A DNA stretch of 63,929 bases, counting the filler, from Polymyxa betae A26-41 (lineage: Eukaryota; Protista; Endomyxa: Phytomyxea), in the NCBI GenBank assembly GCA_003693705.1. It is 10 parts of 10 records of this genome, joined end to end, with 100 filler letters (N's around TTAATTAATTAA, not from the genome) between each part and the next. Parts side by side here need not be neighbours in the genome. Positions count along the whole stretch, not along the records: positions 37,250 to 45,733 come from RBZT01000445.1; positions 45,834 to 51,790 come from RBZT01000317.1; 8 more parts are not named here. One strand, given 5' to 3'. The first letter of the stretch is position 1, and each line of letters starts with the position of its first letter. The notes under the pieces were generated by a model, which worked only from the letters and a program-made list of their open reading frames with translations, was not told where the DNA came from and did no database searches. Shown here one piece after another: positions 37,677 to 50,248 of this stretch. A program made the translations under genes and the position numbers.

Positions 37677-38745
37677 TCAGAAATTAGCCCTATTTCTCGT
37701 GCCTTTTGAAGATTTGAAAAGTTTGGCGCTATTGGCCTGAGCCACTATGGCTTCCTCGTGGAGCCTGCTGAATCGCTCGCAGAGCTCGACACTCTTCCTA
37801 AGATCTGCAGCAACATCTGCCATCGATTCAACCTGCTGCTGGAGACAATGCGCCTTCGACAGCTTCCCCGGTTTTTTATCAGCCGAATCACCGGTTTTGG
37901 CCTCAGGCATACTTTTGGGCGCCGACGAAGCAGTGCCTTCGGCGGACACCAACTTCTTCGCGCGCTCAGCCAGAATATTTCTGCAGGCATGACGATCGCC
38001 TTGACGGATTTGCTCCATCATATCGACAGGCTGTACGAGCACCTTCCCAGAGGAATCATCAGCACCTCCTGTTTTTAAGGATTCGTTCTCTTTCCGAACG
38101 TGTGATTTCAGCTGCTCCTCGGTAATTGCACAGGTGGGGAATACCTGCTTATAATCGGCGTAAATCTGTACATTCGAGACTTTATTAGAAAAAATACGGG
38201 TCTTCACGACGCCAATTTACTTTTGTCCAAACTTCGGCTGGAAGAAGCTGCCGGCCTGATGTTTTTGCGATTCTTGGACCAGGCCGAATAGTGATTAGTA
38301 TGCGATGCCATCAGCATGCTCAGCTTCTCAGAGGTGACGGTCTGACGCACTGCTACACTAGTTTTTGCCTTCTTCGCCGAAGGAGGGTCTGACCGTACGA
38401 TCACCCGGTTCTCTACTCCATCGTCACTGTCGATGCTGGGCAACGAGCTGAGAGCGCTGTCGTCGCTGGACGTGCTGGCCGACATTGTCATAAATTGCAA
38501 TCTAGAAGCCGTCAAATTTTGCCACGGCCTCCGCCGGGGTTCGAAATTGCTTCAAAGCTTTTCACCAAGGTTTGTAAGGGTAGAAAACTTCGGCCAAGTT
38601 TCGCCACGGACCAAAATTTGCGAAGGCTGCGCCACCAAACTTTGGTATCAATGTCCGGCGAATGGCCAGTCTTTGAAGCCATTAACGGACATGTTTAAAA
38701 TATACATCAATTTTCACTGGGGGTACAAAGTCCCGCACTATACGG
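37677..38745 (-). mobile_element. pogo-like DNA element end carrying an uncharacterised (Myb/SANT-like?) ORF, inserted in the gypsy 3' LTR
   Basis: Terminus TA|CCGTATAGTGCGGGAC on the minus strand; subterminal TTYGCCACGG repeats; ORFs 38204-38515 and 37677-38207; other end not on this contig. Confidence 0.55.
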
Positions 38746-38747
38746 TA

Positions 38748-41700
38748 GTAACATTTCAGTATCACCCCTTTAGACCGGATGGTTGGGGTTTTCTCGGGTA
38801 TAAACGGTGGAAGTGAAGTGCTGCTTGGCGCAGGCCTGCGGTTCCATTGAGGATGTTCTGGTCGGGTTCCCAGGTTCGGTCGAAGTCGGCATAGCCTTTC
38901 CAATGAAGTATATAATCCACGGACGTTCCATTCCGCCGAGAATCGACAATGAAATCCACCTCATACATCGGCTCGCCTTCATCATCTAGACAGTATGGGA
39001 GCGGATCCGGTTGTTTCCGACTCACTATATCGTTTGGGGTGTAAGGAATCAATAACGATGTGTGGAAGACGGGATGTAGCCGTGTGCTCGCAGGCAGATC
39101 GAGTTCAAACGCAACGTCATTAATAATCCTGACAACGCGAAAGGGACCAAGTCGATCGTCGTCGTTCTGAGAGTTTCTCGCAAGGTCTTTTGGTTCTGAT
39201 TTCGGCTCGGATCAACCAGACCTGATCCCCGACTTTATAAGCCGGGCCCGAACGTCTGTTGCGGTCAGCGAATTTCTTCATGTTTGCAATAGAAGCGGCA
39301 GTAGAGGATTGAGGTGGTCGTGAACGTTGTGCAGCTCATTTAATCGTTCCGAAGCGCAAGGATTAACGGAATTGATACTCGATTCGAAATCAAATCTTGG
39401 ATGATATCCATAATTAGCAAACAATGGAGATGTGCGCGTAGACGAGTGGACCGCGTTGTTATAAGCGAGCTCTGCCATTGCGGTAAGACCTGCCCAGTCA
39501 TTTTACAACAAATTGACATAACATCGAAGGTACTGCTCGAGCAACTGGTTAACGCGCTCGGTTTGTCCGTCTGTTTCAGGGGGCCTTGCGGACGAAAGCT
39601 TCCGCTGGGTCCGGAGCTGTTGAAGAAGGTGTTGCCAGAAACTGGAAACGAACTGTGGCCCACGGTCGGAAACGATATCATCTGGCAGCCCGTGGAGTTT
39701 TAAATACGTGATTCAAAACGAGAACAGCAAGGTCAGGTCCTGAACAAGTTTCGTTACAGTTGATGAAATGGGCCATCTTCGTAAAGCGATCGAATACCAC
39801 TTACACGGTGCTGTCCATCCAATCGCGGTCATTAGTTACCATCGTAACCTGGAGTGGTTCATGTCCTCAAAAAAATCTCAACCGCCGACAAGTGCGGTGG
39901 TCATTCTTCTTGGCCGAATTCTCGTTTATCATTCGCCATCGACCGGGCTCTTTATCGACAAAGCCTGATGCCTTGTTTCGCCGCATCGATTTTGCCCAGA
40001 AAGGGAATCGCTCTGGACTCAAACCGATATTGGCTCCTCAGTTGTTCGTTAGCACTATGGCCATAGATGCTTCCGACCAGCCTAAACTCAACCATGACGC
40101 CATGATCCAAGCTTACCTTGACCGCCACAATATATCGATGTCGAACATCTGTGACTTCTCTCTAAAGGGCAATACCCTTTACTACAGGAATCGCAAATTC
40201 ATTCCTGGAAAGGATCAACAACTTCGCATTCTTCAACGACGACACGACTCGCTGCTCGCAGGACATTTCGGCGTCACTAAAACCTTGAAATTAGTTGCAC
40301 CTGATGTTTGGTGGCCGGGCTTAGCCTCTTTCGTCCGAAAGTTTGTCAATTCATGTGACACCTGTGCACGTTCGAAGTTACCTTGAAGAAAGCCTGCTGG
40401 GAAAGAATGGCTCCCAGATGTGAGGACTGGGACAGGACGAGGAAGATTAACAAAGGCTACGGAGAAGCAGGCGAACAAGACTTAATAAGAATCGAATAGA
40501 TTCGAGAATGATTGTATTTCGATAAACAGAGAAAGCAAAGGNNNNNNNNNNNNNNNNNNNNNNNNNNNNNNNNNNNNNNAAGTAGTGAATCATGACACCA
40601 GAGCGAAGTCGGATGGGTCGGCCTCAACTATTATTGGGAGATCTGGTCGGAAATTTCTCAAAATAGGGTTGCTTGAAGATGCTGATTTTAATTTTATTTT
40701 GAAGGCGCTCAAGACTCGTCCATCGGAAAGTGCTGTGCCGCGTCAGTGCATACAATGGAAGCGCCATATGAGAAAAATTCGGGATAAAATTGCGGTAGAA
40801 ATTAGCAAAACCCAAGAAAGATTGTACTTGTTTGATAGACCTCGGAATAGGCCACCTGATAACAGCTGAAACGCGGTTGGGATCCACCTTCAGGTGTGCA
40901 TGTGAGAACACGAACCCTAGAAAGTGAACTTCTCGTAGGTGAAATTCACATTTCTCCAATTTGGCAAACAACCCTAACCCTAACAAGCGCCCTAGGACAA
41001 TCTTCACGTGAGCGGAATGTTCAACAAGGGTTTTAAAAATATAAGGATGTCGTCCAGATATACTACGACCTGGTGTCCGATCATATCCTGAAAGATGTCG
41101 TCCATAAAGCGCTAGAGTCAATACGGGGCAATGGATATCGGTTCTTTATCGTCATAACATTCAGCTTCCGATAATCAACGCAAAGGCGAAGGGTGTTGTC
41201 TTTTTTTGTGGCAAACATTGCTGGTGAGCTACACGATGATGTCGATTTTCTGATAATTTCTTTTGCTAAATTTTCAGAATTATATCGACGAAGTTCTGCC
41301 ATTTCCGGGATCGACAACAGATAGAGAGGTCCGAAGGGGGGAACAGAGTCGTCCTTAAGCTCGATCGGACAATCATAAGCACGATGCGGTGGGAGTTTGT
41401 CGGCACGTTTTTCTTAAACACAGCACTAAACGTGGAATACTCGCTCGGCAGATTTTGGGGGACCTTGTTGGCGATTGCTGGTAGGCATTGAAGGATTGTA
41501 ATGTGCGAGTATGGTCGAACCTGTGCCAAGCTGAAGTCGCATACCTGTTCATGATCGAGGCGAATCTTTGAAGTTCTCCAATCGATAACTGGACTGTGGT
41601 ATCGCAACCAGTCCAATCCCAAGATGATTTGGTGGGAGCATTGGGGTGAAATATACAGCTGTAAACGACAGCGGTGGCCTGCGACGAATAGCTTCACTTT

Positions 41701-43230
41701 GTCGGTGGAATAGTGAATCGAAGTCGAAGACCCATCGTAAGCAGAAATAGCAATAGGTTGTTGTAATTTCGGCGATCGAAACTGAAGTCTGTTAACAAGA
41801 TCGGATGCGATAAAGGACGATGCGGATCCGCTGTCAAGTTGTGCTGAAGAACAGGTTGATAGCTCAGATGAAGTAATTGTGAAAGGAGTGTAAGCAGGGG
41901 ATAAGGGTTCTGACTGGTGCTGTTTATTCCATGATTACGACCTTTTCGGGCAATCGCTGGACAAGTTTCGAAAGGATGTTGCTCTCCACAGTGACCGCAC
42001 AATCCCATTGCTCACATTACACGGCGCCGTGCTTTCGCAACATCAGAAAGTTTCGATCTTGCGCCACTCTGCGTGATGGGCTGGTCTTTCTCGTACGACG
42101 GGGCTGTGGGGCCATTCCGCTGAGCTCGGAGCGGTGCCAGCTGGCAACCAAAACGAAACGTTGCGGCGATAATTTGATCAAGGCGAGTAAATATGGTTCC
42201 AGCTGCCTCTATGCCAATTTGCATGGTTTTAAGATCTGGCTGTAGACCTCGGTAAAAATCCACTACGAGATCTTGCGGCCATTTCACAGCAGCGGCGATG
42301 GTGCGGAACTGAGTTAAGTATTCTGTGATGCTTGCGAAATCTGCTTGCCGAAGGTCGCTTAATTGACGACCAGATGAGGCTGCTCGTTGTGGATCGCCGA
42401 ATGTAGAGGATAACGCCCGTATCAGAGAATCAAAGTTATTAAAGGACAGGGTCATTCGTTTCGATGAGAGAAGATGCCCAAACCAGCGCAGGCCCACGAA
42501 GTAGACTGATGCATAGTCGACAGCGCTTTGGATCATCAATGACGTCCTGGGCGGATAAGTAATTTTGGACTTGGCAAAGCCAAAGAAAGAATTCACTTCG
42601 GTTGCCATTGAAATGAGGCGGTTTTGGAATGAGATCGGCAGCTGTACGCGAAGCGGTTGAAACAACACTGGCAGCAGACGTTAGGGGAGCAGTGCCTGAT
42701 TGTTGGAGTTGCTGCTGAAGCTGAGCCAGCTGAACCTGGAGCTGCAGAATTTGTAGGTCGGCGTCACGATTGTTCTCGGCTGAAGTAGAATCGTTTGGGT
42801 GTAATAGAGGAGCATTCATGGGAGTGCGAGCGTCGGGGCGAAAAAGGTTAGCAGATTCGAAATCGGAGCTTGGCGTTGTGTCAGGCGTCCTCGAATCTTG
42901 CAATGGTTCGATCGTGTTTAGTGGCAACATGCCGATTTGTTCACAGTCGGTTCTGTCGATTTGTTTATACTCAGTTGGATCAAAATGTAATGATCGCGAC
43001 AACCAGCTACTTCAAGGTTCAAAAGCTCGAGAAAGGAAGGCTGAAGGGCAAAACAACGTTGATCCAACTGTGTAAACTGACCCAGTTGGACCCACTTAAG
43101 TGTTAAGTGTTTATTGGAAACATAAACGGCAGGCGGGACCAGCTAATAACATTACAATCAAGAGATATGTGACGGGCATCAACACATTAGAACAATAGGC
43201 AAGCAGAAAAATCTAACATTTTACTGACCG
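38748..43230 (-). mobile_element. Ty3/gypsy chromovirus (gag-PR-RT-RH-IN-chromodomain), decayed, with internal inversion
   Basis: Gag IPKPPHFNG and CGHCGEQHPFETC; protease LDSGSASSFI; [13 protein letters not shown]...KNRYPLP; [21 protein letters not shown]; chromodomain YEVDFIVDSR...HWKGY..TWEP; PPT AAAGGGGTGATAC. Confidence 0.95.
40419..40597. mobile_element. Solo LTR (contains an N gap), same family as 60400-60661
   Basis: TG...CA ends, TSD CCAGA at 40414-40418 and 40598-40602; high similarity to 60400-60661. Confidence 0.85.
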
Positions 43231-43351
43231 GAATTGTTAGGACCTACTTTCCGAGTTTGTCTGCAATCGTATTAAGTGCAGCCAGCATCGAATGCAAAAG
43301 GGTTGTCTGCTCGCTAGCTTTGGCCTGCTGATCGGACTGCAGACTTTCTAT

Positions 43352-44392
43352 CTTCGCTAAGATTGTGATGACTGTTCAAAGAAACGCAAGGATGGACCCT
43401 GAAATAATGCATGAGTGGATCAACCCGGTTTGGAAACTGTGAATTACTGCTCGACAAGTTACTTCCACTTATTTAATGATGAATAGTTTCTCAGCGCATC
43501 TCGAGCCCAGCGTCACCGATAAGCTATCTGAGCCTGGAACAGAGGCTCATCATCGTATTTTGTTGTTCCTAATCATATTGCTAAAATGATATTTGGTGCG
43601 AAATTATAGTTGCCGGTTATACATCCAAATTGCAAGTCTTAGATATTGGTATTAACAGACCTTTCTCAAACAATATTTCCATAACAAACACATCGATTTT
43701 CTTATGAATATTACCGATAATCGCGAAAAGCCTCGTCGTGAGGACATCGACCATTGGGCCGTCCATCCATGGAATCAGATTACAAATAAGCGATCACCAA
43801 TACGTGGCGACACGTCGGAATTCAGTCAGCGGAACAATTATTAAAATGAATTCTTTGAGCCCTTTATTCAGTCCAGCTCTGGAATCGTATCCAGAAGAAT
43901 GCAAGACACCATTCCACTGATTCTGGCATCTTTTCGACGTTTATGTGAATTTTCTGAACCTGAATACAACTCTACGACTTGTGCGAATTTCCCAACAAAG
44001 CGATCTCGGATGGATTGACAGCTTTTGGGGAGACATGCAACCCGTCATGAATCGTAACCATCAGAAACAACATTGGCAGCGATAGCTTCTTCAACCCGCC
44101 CGTTATCTGTTTCGTGCATTGATCAGCATATTTGCATTGTAGCTGTAATTGGGGAACTTTTTACGATAGTGAGTTTGAATCGAAGTAGCGTTCCAGCAGA
44201 GACGATCGAGCCACACGACTGAGTATGGCGAAGGCATGAACGGCCGTTTTCAGGCTTTCGAAGGCCAACGATCTCCACATTGGCCGCCGACATCGATTGG
44301 ATAGAGAAACTATACTCCGTGGAGCTACGCACAAAAAATGTCGAACGGTAGTGGCTATTTTGTCAAAGGGGCTATTTCGGCAAAGATTACGG
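43352..44392 (+). mobile_element. pogo-family element right half: DDE_1 C-terminus plus convergent cargo ORF and TIR
   Basis: VQRNARMD...WINPVW, LMMNSFSAH, GYTSKLQVLDIGINRPF; terminus GGGGCTATTTCGGCAAAGATTACGG|TA. Confidence 0.8.
43868..44293 (-). pseudogene. Small cargo protein, possibly HIRAN-like with C/H cluster
   Basis: VEIVGL...GRSCLRHTQSCG...LLRFK [intron] EEAIAANVVSDG..*RVACLPK...FAQVVELY; one internal stop. Confidence 0.5.
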
Positions 44393-44394
44393 TA

Positions 44395-45430
44395 GTACAA
44401 CTTGCTAGTTGTAAAACTCCGTGGTCGCACAACTAGCAGCCTTAATACAACAAACCGGTTTCGTCCATGTTGAACAAGTCTGAAAGATGATATTGACTGA
44501 TGACTTTTTGCAAGACCGGCAATTCGCAATTTGGCAGCATCGACATCGAGCTGAAAACCTCCGGATATTTTTCATGCTTTTCATATTCCAAAGATGCAAG
44601 AATTTTAGGAGCCATCCATCAGAGAACGCAGGACGATCGTCTTCAGGAACATGGAGCTGGTCAGAGATCAGAGCTGCGTTTTTTTAGGACCGCCCAATTC
44701 ACTGCAATCCCTTTTTCCTGGTAGAGAATAGTCCATTCTGCCTAGGCATCATCTAAGTCTTTCAGCTTCGCAACTCTGGGCTTCTTCAAATGCAGATCAT
44801 TCGCAGAAGTATCAGCTTGCAACTTCCTTTTATCATTGAGAATATGCGATACTGTAGCTTGAGCTGGAGCCTTCAGCAACTTGAATTTTATTTGGGCCCA
44901 TTCTGAGAGTTTTTACTGCGACAATTTTCTCTCCGATATCTTTTTCTCGCGTATTATCAAGCATTGATCAATTGTTAGGTTGCCGCTCTTCGCCTTTGTT
45001 ACTATGAAATCTTTCAGTGCATTGCTTATAGTCGCCTGAGTTAAATTTTCAAAATTAAACTCATTTCTGGCCAATTCAACTAGATCGGCTGGTGATCTTT
45101 TTGGATTAACGTGACGAATTTCCCAGATGCGGGAGAGTTTCGGCGGCGAAAGTTTGTTTCTGTGCGAAATTAGGAAAGCCTCAGGAAACGACGGCGGATC
45201 AGAAGATGAATGCGGGCATCGCTCTGACATTGTCCACCAATCACGCTGACCATAACCTTCAGCGTCTTCGATAAAAGGAGTTCCACAAACAGGATGAACG
45301 CAACGGTGACAAGCTGGTCATCCGTTGTTCAGGATTTCAAACGCTGAAAGACTGATCTATCGATTTTAGAATAGATATCGATGAGCGCCGCCAACAGTGC
45401 CTTTACAATCTGCACAGATGTCTATATCAG
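44395..45430 (-). mobile_element. pogo/CENP-B-like transposase N-terminal half with zinc-finger and duplicated HTH
   Basis: CADC...GAH / HPVCG...EGYG; two HTH units (LTQATISNALK; PAQATVSHIL); FSDGWLLKF; LFNMDETGLLY. Confidence 0.85.
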
Positions 45431-45494
45431 TCCGCCTGACAAGAATCAAATTACACACTGCAAGAGAATAACAGCGAAGATGCATGTGATCTAG

Positions 45495-45733
45495 TAGAGC
45501 GGATTCTTCAGATCGCGATTTCAGGTTACTACAAAATCTGGCAGCACTTCGGTCAGATCGTAATGAATTGTGTTTTATTTCCAGCTCGAGTCCCAGCTTC
45601 ATTCAGCTCTGTCCGTACGGACACCGTACGGACCTCTGGGAATTGAGCCCATTATAATTAGAGTAGGTCTTCATACTTCATCAATGTTCGCATCTTTTCT
45701 ACGCATATGCGTCAGTCTTCGAGTCTTATTGCG
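45495..45733. repeat. Dispersed repeat, copy 1 (copy 2 at 57350-57595)
   Basis: ~240 bp near-identical sequence beginning TAGAGCGGATTCTTCAGATCGCG; both copies run toward contig ends. Confidence 0.9.
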
Positions 45734-47624
45734 NNNNNNNNNNNNNNNNNNNNNNNNNNNNNNNNNNNNNNNNNNNNTTAATTAATTAANNNNNNNNNNN
45801 NNNNNNNNNNNNNNNNNNNNNNNNNNNNNNNNNTTATTGCTGTTTAGGAACGCTTAAGCACCACCTGTTGACAACGGTCAGCGGATAGGACAAATCCAAT
45901 CCAATCCAACTGCTTCAGAATCCACAACCTGTTGGTTCAAATCTCGCAACTGATCATATACCTTTCAAACGAGATCTCGAGCTGGCCAGGGCCTCAGCAG
46001 CAACGTTCTTCCGAAGCAGCAATATGTTACATTCCTTAAGATATCTTATTGTGAGTTAGGGCACCAGATGCTGATAAAGCTACAGTTGCATTCACACGAT
46101 ATATATTTAGTGTTCGAAGGCTGTTTTTTCTTCAGTAAAGTTTTTTTATCACGAATATCGCTGTTGATAGAAGACTTATCGATCTATATAACCTCTTTCA
46201 ACGTCGTCGACATCAGAAATTTCTTCATAGATTTCGGCGGTGATGTACGATCAAATGCCCATCAGCATTAGATCGCAAATCGTGACAGCCTCAGTCTTTA
46301 GAAAGATTCCTTTCGGCAAAATGCCAAAATCATTGTCATCCCGCCCGTCAATAAAGTCCGAAACTTTTCGTATGGGGATATTTGAGGATTAAGACCGCCG
46401 GTAGGGTACTTGAACCGCCCTCTAAACATTTGTTGAAACTGGGAGTCCCCCATTTAGTGTGGTCCACACTAATTACTCTGAACATATCAGCTAGTTATTA
46501 TATCTCATTGCATCAACAACGCACCGCTTATCACTTCTCTAATTTTAAAATGCTATATTCAACTACTACCTGAAGCTCGTAACAAATGGCTTTTAGATCC
46601 CGCACTCGGGTAACTGTGCCGCCCACCCGCAATCCAATCCAATTCAATCCAATGAAAAAATCAAGGAAAAAATACGCAACTGTAAAGTGTCAGCTATAGA
46701 ACAGATTGTTTATATTAGTTGATCGCTTTCATCAAAGGAATCGATGATCTTATCACGACAGGTAGATTGCTGAGCGCTACGTGCTGGAGGCTTCTTGATG
46801 GCTGCAAAGTAATCTCTATCGATTCCCTCTGATTGCGGCTCTCACCTCGAAATAAGGTGAAAATTCAGCATCCGATTTAGTGAACAGTTGTCGGGAAAAG
46901 TCTAAGCAAAAATTCCTCGATGTCGTTTCGTTGAACTATATCGAACACTTCCAGCTTAATTTGGCTGTCGCTTATGGTCGGCAGCGATAGAAGGAAGTCC
47001 TTTAATTGTAACAAAAATGTTTTTCACAGACCTTATCTACCAATCATCAGAATTTGATATAGATCTATCTGCTGAATAGTTTGCACATCTTGTAACAATC
47101 CTCCAGTTCAAGAGCATTATGAATCTATGCTAGTTGTACATTCTATTGGACTAGAATGCAGCCGCTCTAGAAGCGAATCGTTCATCTGATGTTGATCGGA
47201 TTAGCCAGACATTAAATCGCGTATTAATACAGTCTGGTACCTGTTTAAAAGTAAGTGTTGCAGCGTTACATTCAGTGGATCAGCAGCAGCTTTACTACCA
47301 CAATTCCCAATATAATTCAAAGAGGATCCAGGTTCGGGAATAAATACTCCCAACGGAACTCAGCGAACCTGCTTGGTGGATGCCAGTACATCACCAACTG
47401 AAGTTGGTTGCATAAGGACAACAAGAGCGCGAAGATAATTTTTGAATGGATTTTCGGCCCATTTGTAACGCAGGACTAATTCGTACTTGCAAAGCGCCAT
47501 TTGAGATAGTCTGTTGAAATATAATGTCAACAATATTTCTCAATGGATTTTATTGTTGAGGATGATCATGGTTGTTTGAGATAAAGTGACGCAGTTTGGT
47601 GCATCCAGGAAGCTATTCGTCATG

Positions 47625-49212
47625 GCGGGCACGACTAAGCTCATTCGTAACTTGAATCAGCTGAGATGCGGATCGCCGATTTCAATTCGTGACTGGATCC
47701 GGTCCATAAGTCGCCATAAAGATACCAGCTTCCTTGTTGTTAAATCGACGGGTAGAGATGCGATTCTGTCAATATGCTGCTCATTGCTTTCGAACAGAAC
47801 CAATATGGAAGAGTACAAATCGTTTACAAGAAAGGCAGTGACGTTGCCGATAAACTCATTAATCGTGCCGCCATCGTTATCTCTGGAATGCTGATGAAAT
47901 GTCCCTTTTTTCGGCGTAATTCTGGTCGCGAGATCATCGCTGAATCGACTCGCATTGTTGGCCCATGCATTGCATCTGTGTATCCTGTCCAAAAGAATTA
48001 TCATACAAATGTATGGTTCTACCTGAACGTATTCTTCTCGGTTGTGATCATGAAGGCAGGAATTCCTACGCCGGAACCAGCACCTTCGTGGGCGAACCGC
48101 CGAATTCAGCTCGACAATGAGATGTAGCAGCGCTGCACAAGCTATCCACAGTTTCTTCAGCAATCGCCAGTTTCAATGGATTCATGCCCCCATCATAACA
48201 GCTGGAGATTGCGAAGGCGCAGGGGAGGTGTTTGAAGTTACGCCAGCCTCAGAGCAACAATCGCCTACACGCGATGAAGCAGAAGTCTTTGGGACTCGCG
48301 CTTACTTATCGGTCTCAGCTAAGCTGCATGCAGAAATATTCGCATGCTCCATTGGGTGACCTCGATTCGCTGTTTTGCACCTGGATGACGGTTAGGCCGG
48401 TATACACATTCGGCCCGACATTCCGTTTAGAGAATTCGAATCCAGCCGGCATCTTGCAGAGTTCTGGATTGTGGAACCAGAGATTCCCTACGCCGACCTT
48501 GATGTCCTTTGCAACACTGTACAGGATCTCGTTAAACATTTTGTGACCAATGCACTGACTAATAACGAATCCGATCTGGATCAGCTACTTGGTGACAAAA
48601 ACGAAGATCGAGCGTCGTTGATAACGTGCTCTGAAAAAGACTTCGCTAGAATCACTTATTTTGAAGCCATCCAGGTCTGAAGATCTCGGCATCTCTTGCA
48701 ATTTCTCTGATCAGCAAATTACAGATTCTCCCAAACTGCTTCTTTAAGTTTTAGCATCAGTCAGTATGGGGCAGAAGCCTTCAAACCGAGCATGAGCTGT
48801 ATCTAGCATCCCATCATTTTTTTCAAACAGTTCGTAAGCTTTCACGAATGCAACTGATGTTTCATATTCTCTTTTGCAGTCCAGTGTTTATGACCGACTA
48901 TCCTGTTGCTATAAAGCCATTTTACATGAAGAGATTCAAAATCGGATCCGACCGTCGCCTGTCTCGATTTGCTTCTACCTTGAATTGGTGAAGTCGTTGG
49001 CGGAAGTGAATGTATCAATGACGTCAACGAGCGGATAACGGTGATGCATACCCGCAATATCGACAAGTCCAAAATGGATTGGTATATTGATCTAAGAAGG
49101 TGGAAGTCTCTTAACCAAAAACGACGATTCCTATTTACGAATTGCTTAGGTTTGGATCTATACCTCATGGTGGCTTTGGCCTTGGATTCGACCGCCTAAT
49201 CCAGTTCATCGG
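47625..49212 (+). pseudogene. asnS: Asparaginyl-tRNA synthetase (organellar/bacterial type) pseudogene, 3'-truncated
   Basis: PIITAGDCEGAGEVF, AYLSVSAKLHAE, VYTFGPTFR, HLAEFW, DYPVAIKPFYM, GEVVGGS, WYIDLRR|FGSIPHGGFGLGFDRL; introns, frameshifts and a stop. Confidence 0.92.
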
Positions 49213-49215
49213 AGC

Positions 49216-49830
49216 CTAGAAATCGCCAAAAACTTGGTCGTTGCTGGTGTAAACAGCATTGTTTTAGTAGATGCTAATCCTGTTTCGATTCGAGATTTGG
49301 CATCTGGTGTGAGTCGCTCGCTTACTTCTTCATGACGTTGTCATTTCTCAAGATTGCAAACCTAGTATTATTGTTCGGAATCACAAGTTGGCTGTGTATC
49401 TCTCGCGCTGAAGCTCCATTTCCTCATCTGGCGTCACTTACTCGCTTTGTGCATGTAGCTCTACATTATGGGTATTACTGAATGTTCAACTAACAAATTG
49501 CTCAGGCAGTTTTGATAATCGGGCTGATATCGTCGTGTACTCCGGTTGCTGTTCTATTATGGGCAGTTGATCATCCTATCGTGCATGATGCATTACTAGT
49601 CAATGAATACTGTATTCACAATATTAAATTCATTCAGGCTGATGTTTTTCGAATTTGCGACATGGTTAGCTACGTATTTGAACCTAAAATTTCAAATCTA
49701 ATGCTGTTTAGGTATTTGTTGACAATGGAGACGAGTTCGTCGACCAAGATTGTGATGGCGATCCTGGTCTGGAAGGACTCATTTTGCACACATATCTAAA
49801 GAAGATAATGCTGTTGTTACTTGTTTTAAT
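49216..49830 (+). pseudogene. Ubiquitin-activating enzyme E1 (UBA1-like) internal fragment
   Basis: LEIAKNLVVAGVNSIVLVD...IRDLAS; SRAEA; NEYC..IKFIQADV; VFVDNGDEFVDQDCDGDP...VVTC; GT-AG introns retained. Confidence 0.8.
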
Positions 49831-50248
49831 TCATCAGAAAACATTCCAGTTCCTGAATTTACCATGTAGGTATTCAGCTAAAGCATCCCTCTATCGGTCT
49901 TATAGTCAATGGCAGTGATTGACAGAGAGTGGCGATATTAAGCTTTTCATGATACTGACGAGCCGTCGGGCTGGCATTTCGACGCCGAACAAGACGTCGA
50001 TTGCAGCGTCAGTGTCCATTTCGATAAGCGAGGGATGGGTTGCTTCGGTCAGCCGCGCCTGCATTCCAGGCCGCTGTATTTGATGAAGTCGAGCTTGGTT
50101 GTCAATTGCGATCTGGTTTCGTTCTGCATTGATTCAGCTAGGACCCATACAGAATGGATCGGCCATCATTTATCTGTAAGTTCTGTAGCTTTATACATTG
50201 ACATTTTGATCGAATGATTCTAATGCTAGAGGTTCTATTTCAGGAAAC

